A DNA stretch of 64,000 nt from Octopus sinensis (GCF_006345805.1 NC_043009.1:53754001-53818000), one strand, 5' to 3'. Counted from the stretch's first letter, positions 12,319 through 26,911 are shown. The notes: generated by a model from the letters alone, not told the origin. A program made the numbers and translations.

Positions 12319-13639
12319 TAGGGTAAGTCTTTGTGTTTGTATTGATAGCACCACCGCATGGCAACCGGTCTGGTTTCTTTACTTCCCGTAACATTTAGGT
12401 TCATTAAAAGATAGCAATAGAAAAAGGGCCTGTCTTAAAACTATAGCGATTTTCACGATGATCCAGACAATGATCCAGCATGGCCCTAGTCCAATGACTG
12501 AAGAAAGTAAAGAATAAAAGATGGATAAAAGATATACATACAAAGAAAATTTAAAAAAAACAAGTACAAATTATAACAAATAAAGAGTGAAAAAGTTATT
12601 AACGAGATTGAACTAGAGTCTCTCCAGTATACCAACAGCCTCTCATTCCTTAATACAGTGTAATTGTCATCAATAGTCCATTACCTGATTGAACTTTTGA
12701 ATTTTGGAGTCATTTTCACCACTTCAATCAATAATCGTCGCACTTCCCCCTTCATTTGTCCATTAGATCAATCAGAAGCTAATGAACCAATGATGGAAAA
12801 TCTTAGTGCATTTAACAAATATCCTGATGAGAATATCTATCGTGTATTTTGCGCGGTTCCGATTTAGACTAAATTTTAATATTTTGCCTTTCTTTCCTTA
12901 TTCCACTATCCACTGTTTTTTTTTTCTTTAGCGACAAGGTCACTAGACAATTCTAGTAGAAAAATTGCCCCTCGAGTTGTTAGTTTTCATCTGACAATGT
13001 AGACGAAGTAATTTATTTCCGGCTGTCATTGAGGATGACATTAGATGTACTCTAAGCATAGCCCGTTATTATGGTTGCGATTTCCACTGCTTTTGTCGTC
13101 TGATTTTCCAACTCTTTTGATGAAATGGTAATTTTAAGACTCACTTATTGGTACTCTGTTTTGTGTTCTGCAGTACCAGTCTATTTTTCTCCTCCAAAAC
13201 ACGGTTCAGCTCTTGAGAAATTTATAATCTTAGGAATGATGATTAGGATTGACTACTTATGCAGACCCTACTCCGTCTCGCATTATTGCAAGTCAGCTCC
13301 TTTCTCACTACAACTCCGAATTAAATATATTCATAATGAAGCCCCAACCTATCAGCATGCTTTGTCATTAGTCTCAAAGGTTAAAAACTTGCCCCCATAC
13401 GCCTTGCTCCCAGTCATTACAGCACACCTCTGTACCACACGTTGGTCAGTATACTTCGCTAGTGTTCTCAAGAACAGATGGAAACACATTCGTTTCTCAA
13501 TATATTACTCAAGGGAAGACTCATTTTCCATATACTCTTCTTTTTATGCAAATAAAAAGATATGCAGATTGTAGGGCTTTCAAAGAGAAGTAATCTCTAA
13601 AATAATAAGTGCATTGGGAATTCTTATAAAATACGATCT

Positions 13640-13800
13640 TCGGTTACATGACTTTAAGACCTTATGCTGCTACCATACAAAATTGCTTTCCAACTCTGCA
13701 TTCACCACCTCTCCAGGTCAATTTTCCCAACATATTATAGATGGGTTTGGGAAGTACCAGTTCTATCTCCTTGATTCCTCCCTGGGTCTTTAACTCATGC
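13640..13800 (-). mobile_element. Probable CR1/L2 LINE 3'-end remnant
   Basis: Minus-strand YFPNPSIICWEN*PGEVVNAE resembles the CR1 C-terminal F..RV.N.WN.LP.EVV.A motif. Confidence 0.4.
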
Positions 13801-14500
13801 AGTTAAATACATAACGGATATGAAACCACGAGAAATACATAACGGATTGACCCCATAACTGTCGGGATCCGAGTGACCTAAACTCTAGGTCATACACGTT
13901 TTCCATTTAGACAAGCATCAATAAACATATAAAAGGAAGATATCGTAAAGAAGTTATGTTAGAGAACGAAAAGAGAGAAACAAGAGAAAGAAATGGAAAA
14001 ACTAAAAGATTCATATCTTTCATAATATAAAGGAAAAAAATTAGTGAATGAATAGATATGGAAAGGACTTAGAAGAGAATTAAATGAGTTACGATTATTT
14101 TGTGAATGTTGAGAGATGAGTGGAAAGGAAGCTGTGAAAAATGTGTCAGATAATCCGCTCACAAAGATATGACTCGAGAAATAATGCTTTATATTTAAAA
14201 TTTCACTACAGATATTTTCAAAAACAAATATTCTTCTCTGGACGTGCTACATTTACTAAATTGCACTCGATAATAAAACTGTTTTTAATGATATGTTGCT
14301 TAGTGTAAGTACTTTTACCGGGGTAGTTTTCTTTTCTAGAAAATGCACTGGGACTCAAAACAAAAATACGGGACAACAAACCAACAATACGGGACAATAC
14401 TGAATGGCAACAAGGGCGTCTGGAGCCTATATTTATATATCTAGCTTTCAAGATGTGAATGTATATGTGTGCGTTAGAAAGTAAATTTTTTATATACTTA

Positions 14501-14880
14501 CTAGCAGTATCGCCCGGCGTTGCTCAGGTTTGTAAGGGAAATAACTATAAAGCATTTTTAGAGAGTTATAGCCAAAAAATAGCAAAAAAATGGAAAAAAA
14601 TGATGGTAAATTTTTTTTAGTTAAAAAAGGTGGAGTTGCGTCCCCTAGACAGTTTGCGGTTTGTGTTTCTAATTCTCGACCCAATGCCGAATTTATCAAT
14701 TTTTTTCAGAACTGGAGGAACTTTTCAAAATTTTCGCTGCGTTAGTTTTGAATTATGACATTGGGCAATGTGTGTGTCAAGTTTCATCAGAATCGGTTGA
14801 AAGCCGTGGTCAGGGTGAGGGTACAAGCAAACAGACACACAGAAAACGCACAGACAAACTGCCGTTTATATAGAGAGAGA
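14501..14880 (-). mobile_element. Non-autonomous Helitron (380 bp)
   Basis: On the minus strand: A|TC start (tctctctctatataaacggcag), GC-rich subterminal hairpin cctgagcaacgccggg, CTAG|T end; AT target site, no TSD. Confidence 0.85.
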
Positions 14881-14974
14881 TATATTGGTAGTAGTGATTT
14901 GCCAATTTCTTAGCTACTTGTTAATTCCAGAAAAAACATTTAATATAAATATTAACATTAATTTTTATTCTTTA

Positions 14975-15195
14975 TTCTATAGGCACAAGGCATGGAATTT
15001 TGTGCTAACACGTTAGATGATTATATTGGATCCTGTACTGAATAGGTACTTCTTTTATCAACCCGGAAAGAATGGAAGGCAATGTTAACTTCGGCTGAAT
15101 TTGAACTATATTAGAGAAAGGAATATATAAGCAAAAGTAATGCCGCTTAGCATTTATTCTGGCTTGCCGACGACCTTGCCAGTTCGCAGACATCG
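14975..15195 (-). mobile_element. Degenerate SINE family A copy
   Basis: ggcacaag...ggtacttcttttatcaacccggaaagaatggaaggc...gaatttgaac...tgccagttcgc. Confidence 0.7.
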
Positions 15196-15570
15196 TTTGG
15201 TTGATAATTATAATAAAGGAGGAACGTCGGTTGCGAATTAGGGATGGAATATATTATTTGATACAAGAAGACTTTCTATGATCTCTGTCTTCGACATCTT
15301 ATATGAGAGTAGGAGAGCAAAGAAAATATTATGAAAAATGAGAAAAACTCAGAAATAGCTGAACCTTTCAAATTTTCCTGTCTGTGTGTGTGTGTGTGTG
15401 TGTAGTGTGTGTGTGTGTGTGTGCGAGTGCGAGTTCAAAGATGAATGCTTTCGTAACGTATAATCCAAGATAACTTATACCGTCAGGCCGTCGCAGCTCA
15501 ACCAATCCTTACATTAGCTTAATCAAATGAGGATGGGTGCTACAAAGCCAGCAGAAAAAAAAACTACAAG

Positions 15571-15641
15571 AAAATCTGTCAGATAAATCTGTCAAATAAA
15601 TCTGTCAGATACATCTGTCAAATAAATCTGTCAAAATCTGT
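15571..15641. repeat. 13-bp tandem repeat (aaatctgtcaRat), about 5.5 units
   Basis: Seen directly. Confidence 0.9.
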
Positions 15642-16692
15642 GGAACAACACAGCATAGAGTCAACTGATATGTAATAACACAGAGCACAAGGCTATGTAA
15701 GCAGTAAGCACCAGCAAAGTGAAGGTTACGTTGAAAGGCAACTTACATATGCTGTACGCCGTCTAGCGCCAATCGGAACGTCCCTCCGGAAAACTTCGCA
15801 ATTGTATACCATTTTTTGGCTGGCGAAAACTAAAGGGAGGATACTATAACGTAAAAAAAAACAAAACTAGTTGTTGCTCTCACCTATCATCTTGATCTTT
15901 TTTGTTACTGACATATGATAACTGATACTTAGAAAGGAGGATTCTAGTTTTTTGATGCTGTATTCTCTACAGTGTACCGGATTTGCAAACCTTTAGAATG
16001 TCATGAAAACGCTTTGCGGCATTTGTTTAATTTCTTTCCACTCTAAGGTCAAATTTCGGGGTCGATAGAATAAAGCATTAGCCAAGTACTAAACTAACTC
16101 AGCCCTCTAACATTGCTGGTCCTGTACCAATATTTAAAAACAAAAATATTAATTCGGTGCGCAGACAGAGTCATTAGAGCGTCGGATAAATATTTGGCGG
16201 CATTTGTTCCGGCTCTTTAGGTCCTGGGTCGAAATATCTTATCGAATCAACTTTCGAGATTAATAAAGTATCAAAAGTGAGTACTGATGCAGATGCAGTC
16301 GACTAAAACTCACCCCTTTAATACTGCGGACTTTTACCAAAATTATTATTATTATTGTTATTATTATTAATATTATTATTATTATTATCATCATTATTAT
16401 TATTATTACTATTATCATCATCATCATCATCATAATCATCATCATCACCATCATAATAATCAACATCATCATCATTAACAGCATCATCACCGCCTTCATC
16501 ATCGTCATCATCATCATCATCATCATCATCATTACATTACGTTTTGTATTTTATCCATGTTCGATTTTTGTTTCTTTAAAGTGTAGAAAAATTCTACATT
16601 TCGCTTCGCATTTATGTATTTAGTTACTTATTTGGTTTGATATATATATATATATATATATTATTATATATATATATATATATATATATATC

Positions 16693-16758
<66 letters not shown>

Positions 16759-17689
16759 ATATATATGTATGTATGCATGTATGTATATATTTGAGTGTGT
16801 GTGTGTGTGCGTGCGTGCTCGTGTATTTTTCGTTTATTTTGCATTCTTCTCTCAGTACTCAGGAATCTATTTCCCAACAGCCCAAGGGAACAACTATTGT
16901 CTGATTACCAATCCTTTAGCTTTCGCACCAAAATAACCCATTCACCATTCCTTGCGAATCTTAGATGCTAAACTTCAAAAGCAACACCACCATATCAATG
17001 AACTTAAATTCAATTAACGTTGTAAGTTTTTCTATTCTATTTTAATAATCTCTTAACCAAACATCATGACTATCCTCTAGAGTCGATCCTGTATCCGATA
17101 TCACTGTGACCCTCACACTCACAAAACGCTATTACTTATGACATTTTTTCTACCACGTGAAATTGTTTCTCCCGTGTAAAATACATTTTTGAACTTGTTA
17201 TTTTCTTCTATTTCTCTCATTCCGCCCCATCTATTTCTGTCTCCTTTGTTTAATGATTAATGATTAAGTAAATGACTTTTCAAATACACATACATACACA
17301 CGAAAGACACACACACACACACACACACACCACACACACACACAAGTATCTATCTATCTCCACCCTGCACTCACAATCTCAGTCTAGCTATATTGACACA
17401 CACATACATATGTATCTATAGATATACACACGTACACACACACACATATATATATATGCACACACACACAAACAAACACACATATATGTATGTAAGTATT
17501 CATACATACACCCGCATATATGTACATATGTATATACACATATAAGAATACATAAGCCAATATATACATGCCCACGTATGTATTTTTTCCTAGAGTTTAA
17601 TCTCTTCAGAGAATTCAAGTCAGTCGCTTGGAAAATGACAAGCCTTTCTGAGTTAAAAGAATTCCCAAATATGCAGTCGAGTTGGTTGT

Positions 17690-18300
17690 CGCTGATCAGT
17701 CGATGCACACATTTCGACGTTGTGGTAGAAATTGTCCGTTCTGCTATACTAGTGTAGAATATATGGCCCTCATCATTGGCGGTTGTCCTCAAATGCCTAT
17801 GAGATACTACTTTCCACTGAAGCATGATGTAATTTCAAACACTTCTTACAACGCTGTCCACAGGAAGAATTGCCCTGCTCTATACCTCAAATGCACGCAA
17901 GCACCAGCATGCATTCACACCTTTAAAAACAAGGAATAATAGTGGAACACTCCAGTAAAAACAGCTATTATGTGCAAACAGTGTTCTGTAAGTCAGAGAG
18001 CAAAAGTCATGCAATATTGTAGAGATCAGTTGCCCAACGGATGTGAATGAACGATTAATTGTCCAGGAAAAAGAGAACTGTTATAGTGTGTCGATACGGA
18101 ACTTACAGCTCTTTTACACTGACTATATATCCTCAATTTTATTAATCATCATAAGTACATTAGGCTATGTACCTACAAATTTACACAAAAACTGGGATTT
18201 ACAAAGAAAGAGAGAAAATAAAACTGACGCAGATTCCCCAAATCCAATATATTATCGGCACAGTGAAGATTTGTAAAATATCCCGAAGATTCGCCATCAG
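17690..18300 (+). mobile_element. Decayed R4/Dong-like non-LTR retrotransposon C-terminus (CCHC knuckle and RLE endonuclease)
   Basis: RRCGR...IIGGCPQMPMRYYFPLKHDVI, then WNTPVKTAIMCK, REQKSCNIVEISCPTDVN and QEKENCY...RNLQLFY...IISTLGYVP. Confidence 0.8.
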
Positions 18301-18799
18301 AGATTCTTTACGTGAATAGATGCACTCATACATGTGTGTGCATCGACAGCTCAACCAGCATACTAACTCACGAAAGGGCATGTTTCTGACAAAGGTTGAA
18401 AGCTTTATCCTTGGAATGTATTTAACAAAAGCAATAGCATGAGAAAAGCTTTGCATATTTTTTTCGCTTCCGTTTATAAATGGTAATTGAAATGCGCGTC
18501 ATCTGATTGCTTTGTTTTTTTCTGGATACCTAAATATTTCCAGAATATACTTTCCATCTCTCTGTTCTTCTGTATGTATGTCTGCCGGTCAACTTCTTTG
18601 TCACTCTATATGAATATACATCTTTCTCTATGTATGTCCGTCAAAGTATTCACTGGCGCCAAAAAGGTGTTTGTGTTTTTCCGTTCTCATTTCTTTGCTA
18701 TCCTCTACACGTGACGGACTGCAATTTTGTCACATACCAATGGGAATTTTGCTATATTACAGCACCTGATGATTTATATAATTTTATTTATTATTTATG

Positions 18800-19050
18800 C
18801 GCCCTTTTCAAGCCTAGACAGGCTCATGGACCAGGTTTCCCGGTTTCTATGGCGTATGTGTTCCGCCCAGCTGGACGGGACGCCAGTCCATCGCAGCGTT
18901 ACTCAAGAAACAGGAAGAAAGAGTGAGGGAAAGTTGGGGTGAAAGAGTACAACAAGGGTCACCACCACCCCTGCCGGAGCCTCGTGTAGCTTTAGGTGTT
19001 TTCGCTAAACACACAAAAAACCCGGTCTGGGAATCGAAACCGTGATCCAC
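18800..19050 (-). mobile_element. SINE sharing the family C head and body but with a different tail
   Basis: 18905-19050 matches 20950-21095; 18800-18905 is different and contains gcgatggactggcgtcccgtccag on the minus strand. Confidence 0.8.
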
Positions 19051-20758
19051 GATTTATATAAGTAAAAAGACAAAAAGAAAAAAAAGCTGGTCGTCGAAAA
19101 GGTGGCAAACGAGGTAATAATGCACATATTTCTTTTTGTAAGGAATGTAGGATATCTGATATTATATTTTACCATCTTTTATTTCTTCGCTATAAGATTT
19201 GTGTCATAGTATCGAGTACTTTGGTAAGACGTTAACATTATTCATCGAGTAAGAAATAAGTATATACAAGATACATACATATCTAAATACACACATTATA
19301 CATACACACAAAAACACGCACACATATGTATATGTATATATATGTATAATGGACCTTGTATATATGTGCGTGTGTGTATGTGTGTGTAAGTATGTATATA
19401 TGCATATATATATATATATATATATTATGTATATATATATAATATGTATATATATATTATATATATATATATATTATATATATATATATGCATACACACA
19501 AGATACATGCACACATGTATGTATGTATGTATGTATGTATGTGTGTGTGTGTTTGTGTATGTATGTATGAATTTTGTTCCCGCCGACTGCAACTTCTAAG
19601 TATCACTTACCGGCCTTGTCACTCAGACGCTTAACGAAACTCGAAATGCCAATCAACTTGAAGTTTACTATAAACACTTTCATAATCTCTAAAGTATTAA
19701 AGTATAGATTGGCACCGTCAGTAAAAGTACTGTTGTTTACTTGAATTTACTTTAAAATAGTAACTCTAATGTAACATACACAGCTATAATATATACATAT
19801 ATATATATATATTATATATATATGTGCGTGTGTGTGTGTGTATGTATGTATATATATACATTTACATATACATATATGTATATTATATAATATATCTGTA
19901 TATATATGTATGTATATATATATACACACTCACACAAACACATGCAAACACATATACGTACATAAATGAATATATACTTATATACTCTAATATATATATT
20001 ATATATATTCATATCTCTCTTTATATATATGCGTATGTATATATATATATATATATAGATATATATATATATACACAAATATATATATATATATATGCAT
20101 ACACACACAACCACACACACACACACACACACACCACACACACACACACACACCACACACACATATATATATATATATTATATATATATATAATAGATAC
20201 ATATAAGTGTATGCGTCTGTCTATCTGTGGTAGCCAATTTTTTTGAAGGAAATATTTTCCATTTCCCATTTTAACTTAACATTATTTTAGGTACCTGGCT
20301 TACAATGGACATCCAATTATAGAATCCTTATCTTAACGTTCGCAATTCCCCCGTGTTACGGTTACAATACCTATTTATTTATTTTTTGGCTTCGTATTTT
20401 CGGGGTCTATAGGTTCTGGCAACGGTGGTGATAGGATTAGTTTAGTAGGCAGTAGAGACGATGTTACAGATAGAAATGATGGCAATCGTGTCAGTAATAT
20501 TGCTTGACGCGTTGTCTGCAGAGCTGCTGGAGGAGGCCGATGTAACAATGTAGCATTTGTTTCTAATGATTCTGTGATATAATTATGGTGTTTGTGTCGA
20601 GGTTATTAGCCAGTTTTCTAGTTTTCTAGCTATGACCGTCTCAAGTGGGAAGCTTACGCTACAGCAACTAGCATTCTGTCACCGAAGTCGATGCGGAGTT
20701 ATCTTCATGGTAGCTCGATTTCTTAGTAATTATAGCTAAATCTTTTTCAAATTGCAAT

Positions 20759-21146
20759 GTGTGTGGAAGCACTCCGTCGGTTACGACGACGAGGGTTCCG
20801 GTTGATCCGATCAACAGACAGCCTGCTCGTGAAATTAACGTACAAGTGGTTGAGCACTCCACAGACACGTGCACCCTTAACGTAGTTCTCGGGGATATTC
20901 AGCGTGACACAGGGAGTGACAAGGCCGGCCCTTTGAAATACAGGTACAACAGAAACAGGAAGTAAGAGTGAGAGAAAGTTGTGGTGAAAGAGTACAGCAG
21001 GGATCACCACCATCCCCTGCCGGAGCCTCGTGGAGCTTTAGGTGTTTTCGCTCAATAAACACTCACAACGCCCGGTCTGGGAATCGAAACCGCGATTCTA
21101 CGACCGAGAGTCCGCTGCCCTAACCACTGGGCCATTGCGCCTCCAC
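20759..21146 (-). mobile_element. Full-length tRNA-derived SINE family C with an 11-bp TSD
   Basis: Minus-strand head ggaggcgcaatggcccagtggttagggc (A box) and ggtttcgattccc (B box); TSD caaattgcaat at 20748-20758 and 21147-21157. Confidence 0.93.
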
Positions 21147-22309
21147 CAAATTGCAATACATTGCCTAGAAGGAACAATACTTTGGGTTGATATAATCCAT
21201 GGCTGAAAATTTTAGAAAGCTCATTTTAATAAGTGCTAGAGACTGGAGATTAAGTTCGTTTTTATGTTGTGTTTTCTTTCTTATTTGTTTCCGTTGTTGG
21301 AGCGAGTTCAACTCAATTTAACTCTATTGAAATGCTTCTGCACAGGTTTAAATAAAAATTATTCCGGCTATGGCCAACCTATTTACAAGTCAGCGACTGG
21401 AGTGTCCAATGTCTCCTCACATTTTTAAAGAACGAATTGAGTTGATGTATTTAGTCGTGAATCGTTTCCCGTTTCTAACAATGCGAATGACACGTAAAGA
21501 ATTTCATGAGGATACTTGAGTTGCTAATGTTGCTGTCGATACAATTTAACTCTAAATCAATCTTGGTCGAAAAGAGATAAGTTTAAATGCGTTCCCACAG
21601 TTTATTCAAAAGGAATCGTGACATACATCTAACGAGGTTCCCTATGAATCCCGTCAAAACCATAAGGAAACAATCACTCTCTTTGTTAGCCTTTCTTCGA
21701 CTAACAAGAATGAGTGAGAAAAGAACTTAAAAGGGTCAGGGAGTAAAATCAAGATTTAATTGTACTTGTTGTTGTTTCATTGTATCTCCCCTTTATACAC
21801 CATCTTTATTATCGTTGTTATCCTCCTTAATTACGCAGCTGTACAATGAGGTTGTAAATTACATTCAGTGTATACAATCGAAACGGGTCCTTGGTACTGA
21901 CTTACACTTTTTTATATGACTCTACTGAATATGTATTATAATTCTATATTTGCCATCTCAATATGGCTAACCACTAAGGATGAGATGACAAATATACTTC
22001 ACATTGTCGTGCAGTTACTGTCTATACCTCGTTCACAGATTTATTATTGCTATTATAATTCTGAAAATATTCTGTTGGTTTCAATCTATTGTATGACTCA
22101 GCAAGAGAAAGGCAGTGATTATGACATCTTTCGGAACAACCGATATTTTACTGAGAATATGTGAAAATTATTCTCATAATAGAAACTTGTGCAAGAGTAT
22201 TTCAATAGATTTTAACTCAGATAGATTTTAACTTCACCCAAATAACAAAAAGAAAATCATAGGAAAATGAACTGAACCTCTACGTTATAGCACTTATTAA
22301 ACTGTCACG

Positions 22310-22497
22310 TCTAACATTTTTCAGCCATAATATATTATAGAAAATATTAACCCAATGTATTGTTCCTTTAAGACGATATTTCGTAATTTAAGAGAAATTT
22401 AGCTTTAATTACAAGTAGATCGAGCTACCATGGAGAGGCCTCCGCATCGACACTGGTGGCCGTATGTTAGTCACTGTGGCGTGATCTTCCCAGTTGA
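22310..22497. repeat. Older dispersed repeat, an inverted uninterrupted copy of 20641-20758 plus 21158-21216
   Basis: ttcagccat...acccaatgtattgttcctt...tttagctttaattac...tcgagctaccatgg...ctccgcatcgac aligns across the SINE C insertion site. Confidence 0.8.
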
Positions 22498-25489
22498 TCC
22501 AATAATTTGTTCCCATCAGCTTGATCATTACTGGCGCTTGGGTTTACTGGACTTCTCGAAGAAAAATATGTGAAAGCGCCTTATTGGTTGGGAGATCGTA
22601 CGACCTGATAGATTTGATTCCAAAAACACTTGGGCCTCTTGGATTCTGAGGATGATGCACGTGGTTGTGTAATATTAATGATTTTCTTAAGGGCTTCACT
22701 CAGTAATGCAAGTAAAATAACATTGCAATCATCGGATAATGAAATGGTAATAGATAGAAACAGTTTTGCTGGTTTGTTTAATCGGAAGATTTCTTATTGA
22801 CAATGGCGTCGTTGAACGCCACTTATAAAACTGAGAAAGTAATAACAAGATAACTACAAAAGTAACACACAGATGTAAATTGCGTTCATTTAGAAAATAT
22901 CACACATCTTGCTGGCCAAGTAATTTTAACATCAATTTAATATCGAGGAATATCTTGAGTTGGTTCAGCGGAGAAGAATGGAAGAAGGAGAGTAGGACGC
23001 GCCAAACAGTTCCGTGTCACTCATCAATCATATAAGAGAAAAATTAACACAAGAAAGAGAGAATAAAATGTCACTATTTTTTTTTTTATATCTGAAACAG
23101 GTTCGTTCCGGATGTAGTATTTGTGTTCTCTGATAGAAGAACGCCAGTTTGTCTTAATGAAAAACATGATGGAATTTAATCAAGCGTAGGCTAGGGCTTC
23201 ATGTATTTATCTCTGGGTGTGTATGTGATTAGTGTGTGTGTATAGGTGTGTGGTGGTGTTCCATTGTGAGAGAGGAGAGTTCGGTTAAAGTTACTGCTAG
23301 TTGTAGGAATATTGGAGATAATGTACAAGTAATTTTGATGTTAGGAAATGTAATTATGTTCATCGGCAAAATTGGAGTTTTATTTTTTTATCTCATATTC
23401 TCTCTCACACTTTCTATGTTTATTTAAATGTTACTTCCTTCCTTATTACAATCTCAATCGCTTTCACTCTGTTTTGCTTTATATTTTTTTTTGTTTTTTA
23501 TTCATTCGTTATTTAATCGCTAATTCCATTTTTTTGCTGCTTTTTAAAGTTTTATTCTGCAATATTCAGTTTAACCATACTTTCGGCCATTTTTTTTTTC
23601 ATTCTTAATAACAGTTAACTTTCGTAAATTTAATTTATCGATTGATTATAGGGAACAAATTCACAGGAAGGATGTTTTTAATTGAATTGACACCAGTATA
23701 TTAATGATACTTGTTGTATGGTGGAGGTGTAAAAGTGGGAGTCAGGTGAAGAAGATTTGAACCTAGAACAAAATAGCGTGTAACGAAATAATATATAACA
23801 GTCAAAAGTTTGTAATAATTCTGTCAAGTCACCTCATTTTTCATCGCAGACTTCACTCACACCAACTCTCACTGTTTGAGTTCACTTTCCTCATATCACT
23901 CAGTTCTTGCTTTCTATCTTAGAAACAATCTGATAATATCTCGCCAACTGTCAGACAAAGAGCAAGTATTTAAACCATTAGACTCTTTCATTCCTCACGC
24001 GATATCACCAGAGATGTCTCTTCTTCATATTCTTTTTTTTTATCATGACGAACTCATTTTGAAGGTGAAGAAAATTCATAACTTTTAGAGAGATAAATTA
24101 TAAGACATAGATTTATTTCATAAATTGCTGCAAGTTATATAGAATGAATCTTTATTTAAATTTCGCTGCCTCAGGAGATAAAATAAAGAAAACGTATATG
24201 ACAATTTCAGTGCCTCTGAGATTGGCACAACTATAATTAAGTATGGATACAAGATACCAATAAACTGTACCAGTATGGTACCGACATGCTGTGGAAAAGG
24301 TAATGGACGAAATAAGTCATGATCGAACGATGCTTAGAAGATACTTAGATACTAGGTGCTCTACATTGAGATTCAATATAAAACTTCGTAGTTGTGGGTC
24401 ATAATACATTATTCCCATTACCATGGCACTACCATGTCAGTTTTTGATTTTGTCACCAATCACAAACGGTGCATGGACATATATCTCACAAGGCAAACCC
24501 AGTGTCAGTATATTTGTAATAATATATTGATAATTCTGTCTATATAATGCTGCAGCCGGAGAAATAATACCAAATACTTGCATGTGTATTTTACTCCTTT
24601 CGATATGTTTTCCTATTGTCGATTGTAAGCTATTAAAATAATTTTTCCAAATCGCAAAGAACTTCAGATCATATAATTCATTCTGGTTTTCGTAGTATTA
24701 AGCGGATTAAATACAAAGCTCCCGGATTTGGGTAGAAAAACAGCGTTGATTAATTCCATAACCATTTTAAATTATATATTTTTAATCAGTTTAGCATATC
24801 CGTGAATATCACCGTTCTTCCCTATAACTAATTCTGCACTGAGGATTCAAGATTTGAAGCATTAGGAAAATATATCGTTCAACAGGTAGAAAACAACAAT
24901 ACTAGGATAGCAGGTGTCTAATAACTATCTTGGCTTCACCCTCCATGACTGCCCTTTCGTTACAGTGATGTACTATGAGAAGGTAATCATGACGAATAAC
25001 CACATTTACTCAGTATCTAGTACTCAAAGCAGATACCTAAGTCTCGGCGCATGCTTTCACCTGTACCACCACCACGACCACCAGCGTGTATTATACGGAA
25101 CAATACACACAGTACGTGTTCGAAATAATTGGACATTTGCATAAGAGAAACACGTTCCTGTCTTAACGCACAAAACAGCGTTTATCTAGTCATAGGGTAG
25201 CATGATCAGGGTGCGATTCATAGATTGTTAAAAACAACAGAAGCAATATAAGCGTTCGTCATCTTTACCGAACAATTCGAAGATAATTTCTTCAATAATG
25301 TTTTCTAATACAGGTACAAGGCCTGGAATTCGGTAAACAGGGAGTTACTCAATAAATCACGTCAGTTATAAATGCTTGACTGGTACTGTGTATAATGGAA
25401 GCTGGAGAGATCTAATCAAAGTTGTACTCGTTAGGACTTGAACGCAGAACGCTTCAGCGATTCTATTACAAGCAGCATATAATGAAGCA

Positions 25490-25600
25490 GAATGCATTAA
25501 ACAAATGTAGCATCTGGGAATTTGGGGACGAAACAATTGGACACATTGTCTCTGGCTTCTCAGGTCTAATTGACAGGGTATTATTTAGGTAGACAAAGGC
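25490..25600 (+). mobile_element. R4/Dong-like LINE CCHC-knuckle remnant
   Basis: NKCSIWEFGDETIGHIVSGFSGL resembles KCRLC...ETI.HIVSGC..L. Confidence 0.65.
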
Positions 25601-25619
25601 CGTATGTTAAATTCATGCA

Positions 25620-26160
25620 AATGACAATCGTGACGATGACGTAGATAATGATGATTTGGGGGACAATGATGTCGACGGCACAGATGACGATGACGACGCT
25701 GATTATGAGGATAATGATGATGATGATGGTGGTTGTGGTGGCGGTGGTGGTGGTGGTGGTGGTGGTGGTGGTGGTGGTGGTGATGGTGGTTGTGGTGGTG
25801 GTGTTGGTGGTGGTGGTGGTGGTGGTGGTGGTTGTGGTGGTGGTTGTGGTGGTGGTGGTGGTGTTGGTAGTGGTGGCGAAGTCGTCGCCGTGGTGATGAT
25901 CATGATGATGACGACGACGACAACAACGAGGACGGTGTTAGTGAAGAAGATGAGGATTGTATTTATGCTGCTGCTGATGAAAATGAGGGTAGTTACTTCG
26001 GTTTCTTCACACATGCACATACATATATATATATACGTACATAGGCACATATAACAAAACATCATAATCATCATAATCATCATCATCATCATCATCATCA
26101 TCATTATCAACATCTTCAAAAACAACAACAGTAACAACAACAAAAAGAACAACTGAACAA
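25620..26160. repeat. (GAT)/(GGT)/(CAT) trinucleotide low-complexity tract
   Basis: Seen directly; yields poly-V, poly-G and poly-P ORFs in several frames. Confidence 0.85.
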
Positions 26161-26866
26161 ACACTTTAGAAGATTTAGATTTACATCAAAATCTAAAGAT
26201 GTTATTACCCAGAATAAGTATATCGCTTTCAATATAAATAGCGTTTATAAATATTTTTTATTGCTGAATAAAGACTAATTCTATAAAACTGACGTAGTTT
26301 ACAGTCACACTAACATATAAAAATATAAGAAAATTACTATATTTCTGTATTTACATATACAAAATCAAAGACAGAGGAAGTCACGTGTTTTACGCACCCC
26401 ACACTCTCTATATATGTATATATGTGTATGTGTATATATATATATATATATATACTATTAGCTAGAACAATAAATATTACACACATATATGTATTTATAC
26501 AATAGAATGTCAGGAGTTATGAGAGGTGAATATATTTATTTAACCATTTGGCATCCGTAGGCTAAGAGCCATTTCGTAGATTTCGTCATGTGATAATAAA
26601 TGAAGTGTATTACAATATATATCCGTACTAATATGCATGGGAGGCATTATACAATACATTAGTATATTCACAAATCAGTACAGGTATAGAAAGCTAGCTC
26701 ATCAGATCACTAGATCATCGGCTGAGATCCTAGTAAAGACAAGGAGTTAAATATTCACCTCTCATGCTTCCTGAGATTTTATGGTCTCTTCCTCCATTTC
26801 ACTGTCTCCTTCTCTCTCTCATACACATTATATCTCCCACATTCTCTCTCTCTCTCTCTATCTCTC

Positions 26867-26911
<45 letters not shown>

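Noticed and set aside
13125-13574. 149-aa plus-strand ORF
   Set aside because: No recognisable domain; lies beside a probable minus-strand LINE remnant, so likely a chance ORF.
14365-14410. aatacgggacaa twice followed by tggcaac, like a hAT/P-type terminus
   Set aside because: No matching opposite end or TSD found.
21075-21146. tRNA gene-like sequence
   Set aside because: It is the head of a TSD-flanked SINE and lacks a proper acceptor stem.
25648-26164. Poly-Gly and poly-Pro ORFs
   Set aside because: (GGT)n microsatellite read-through.
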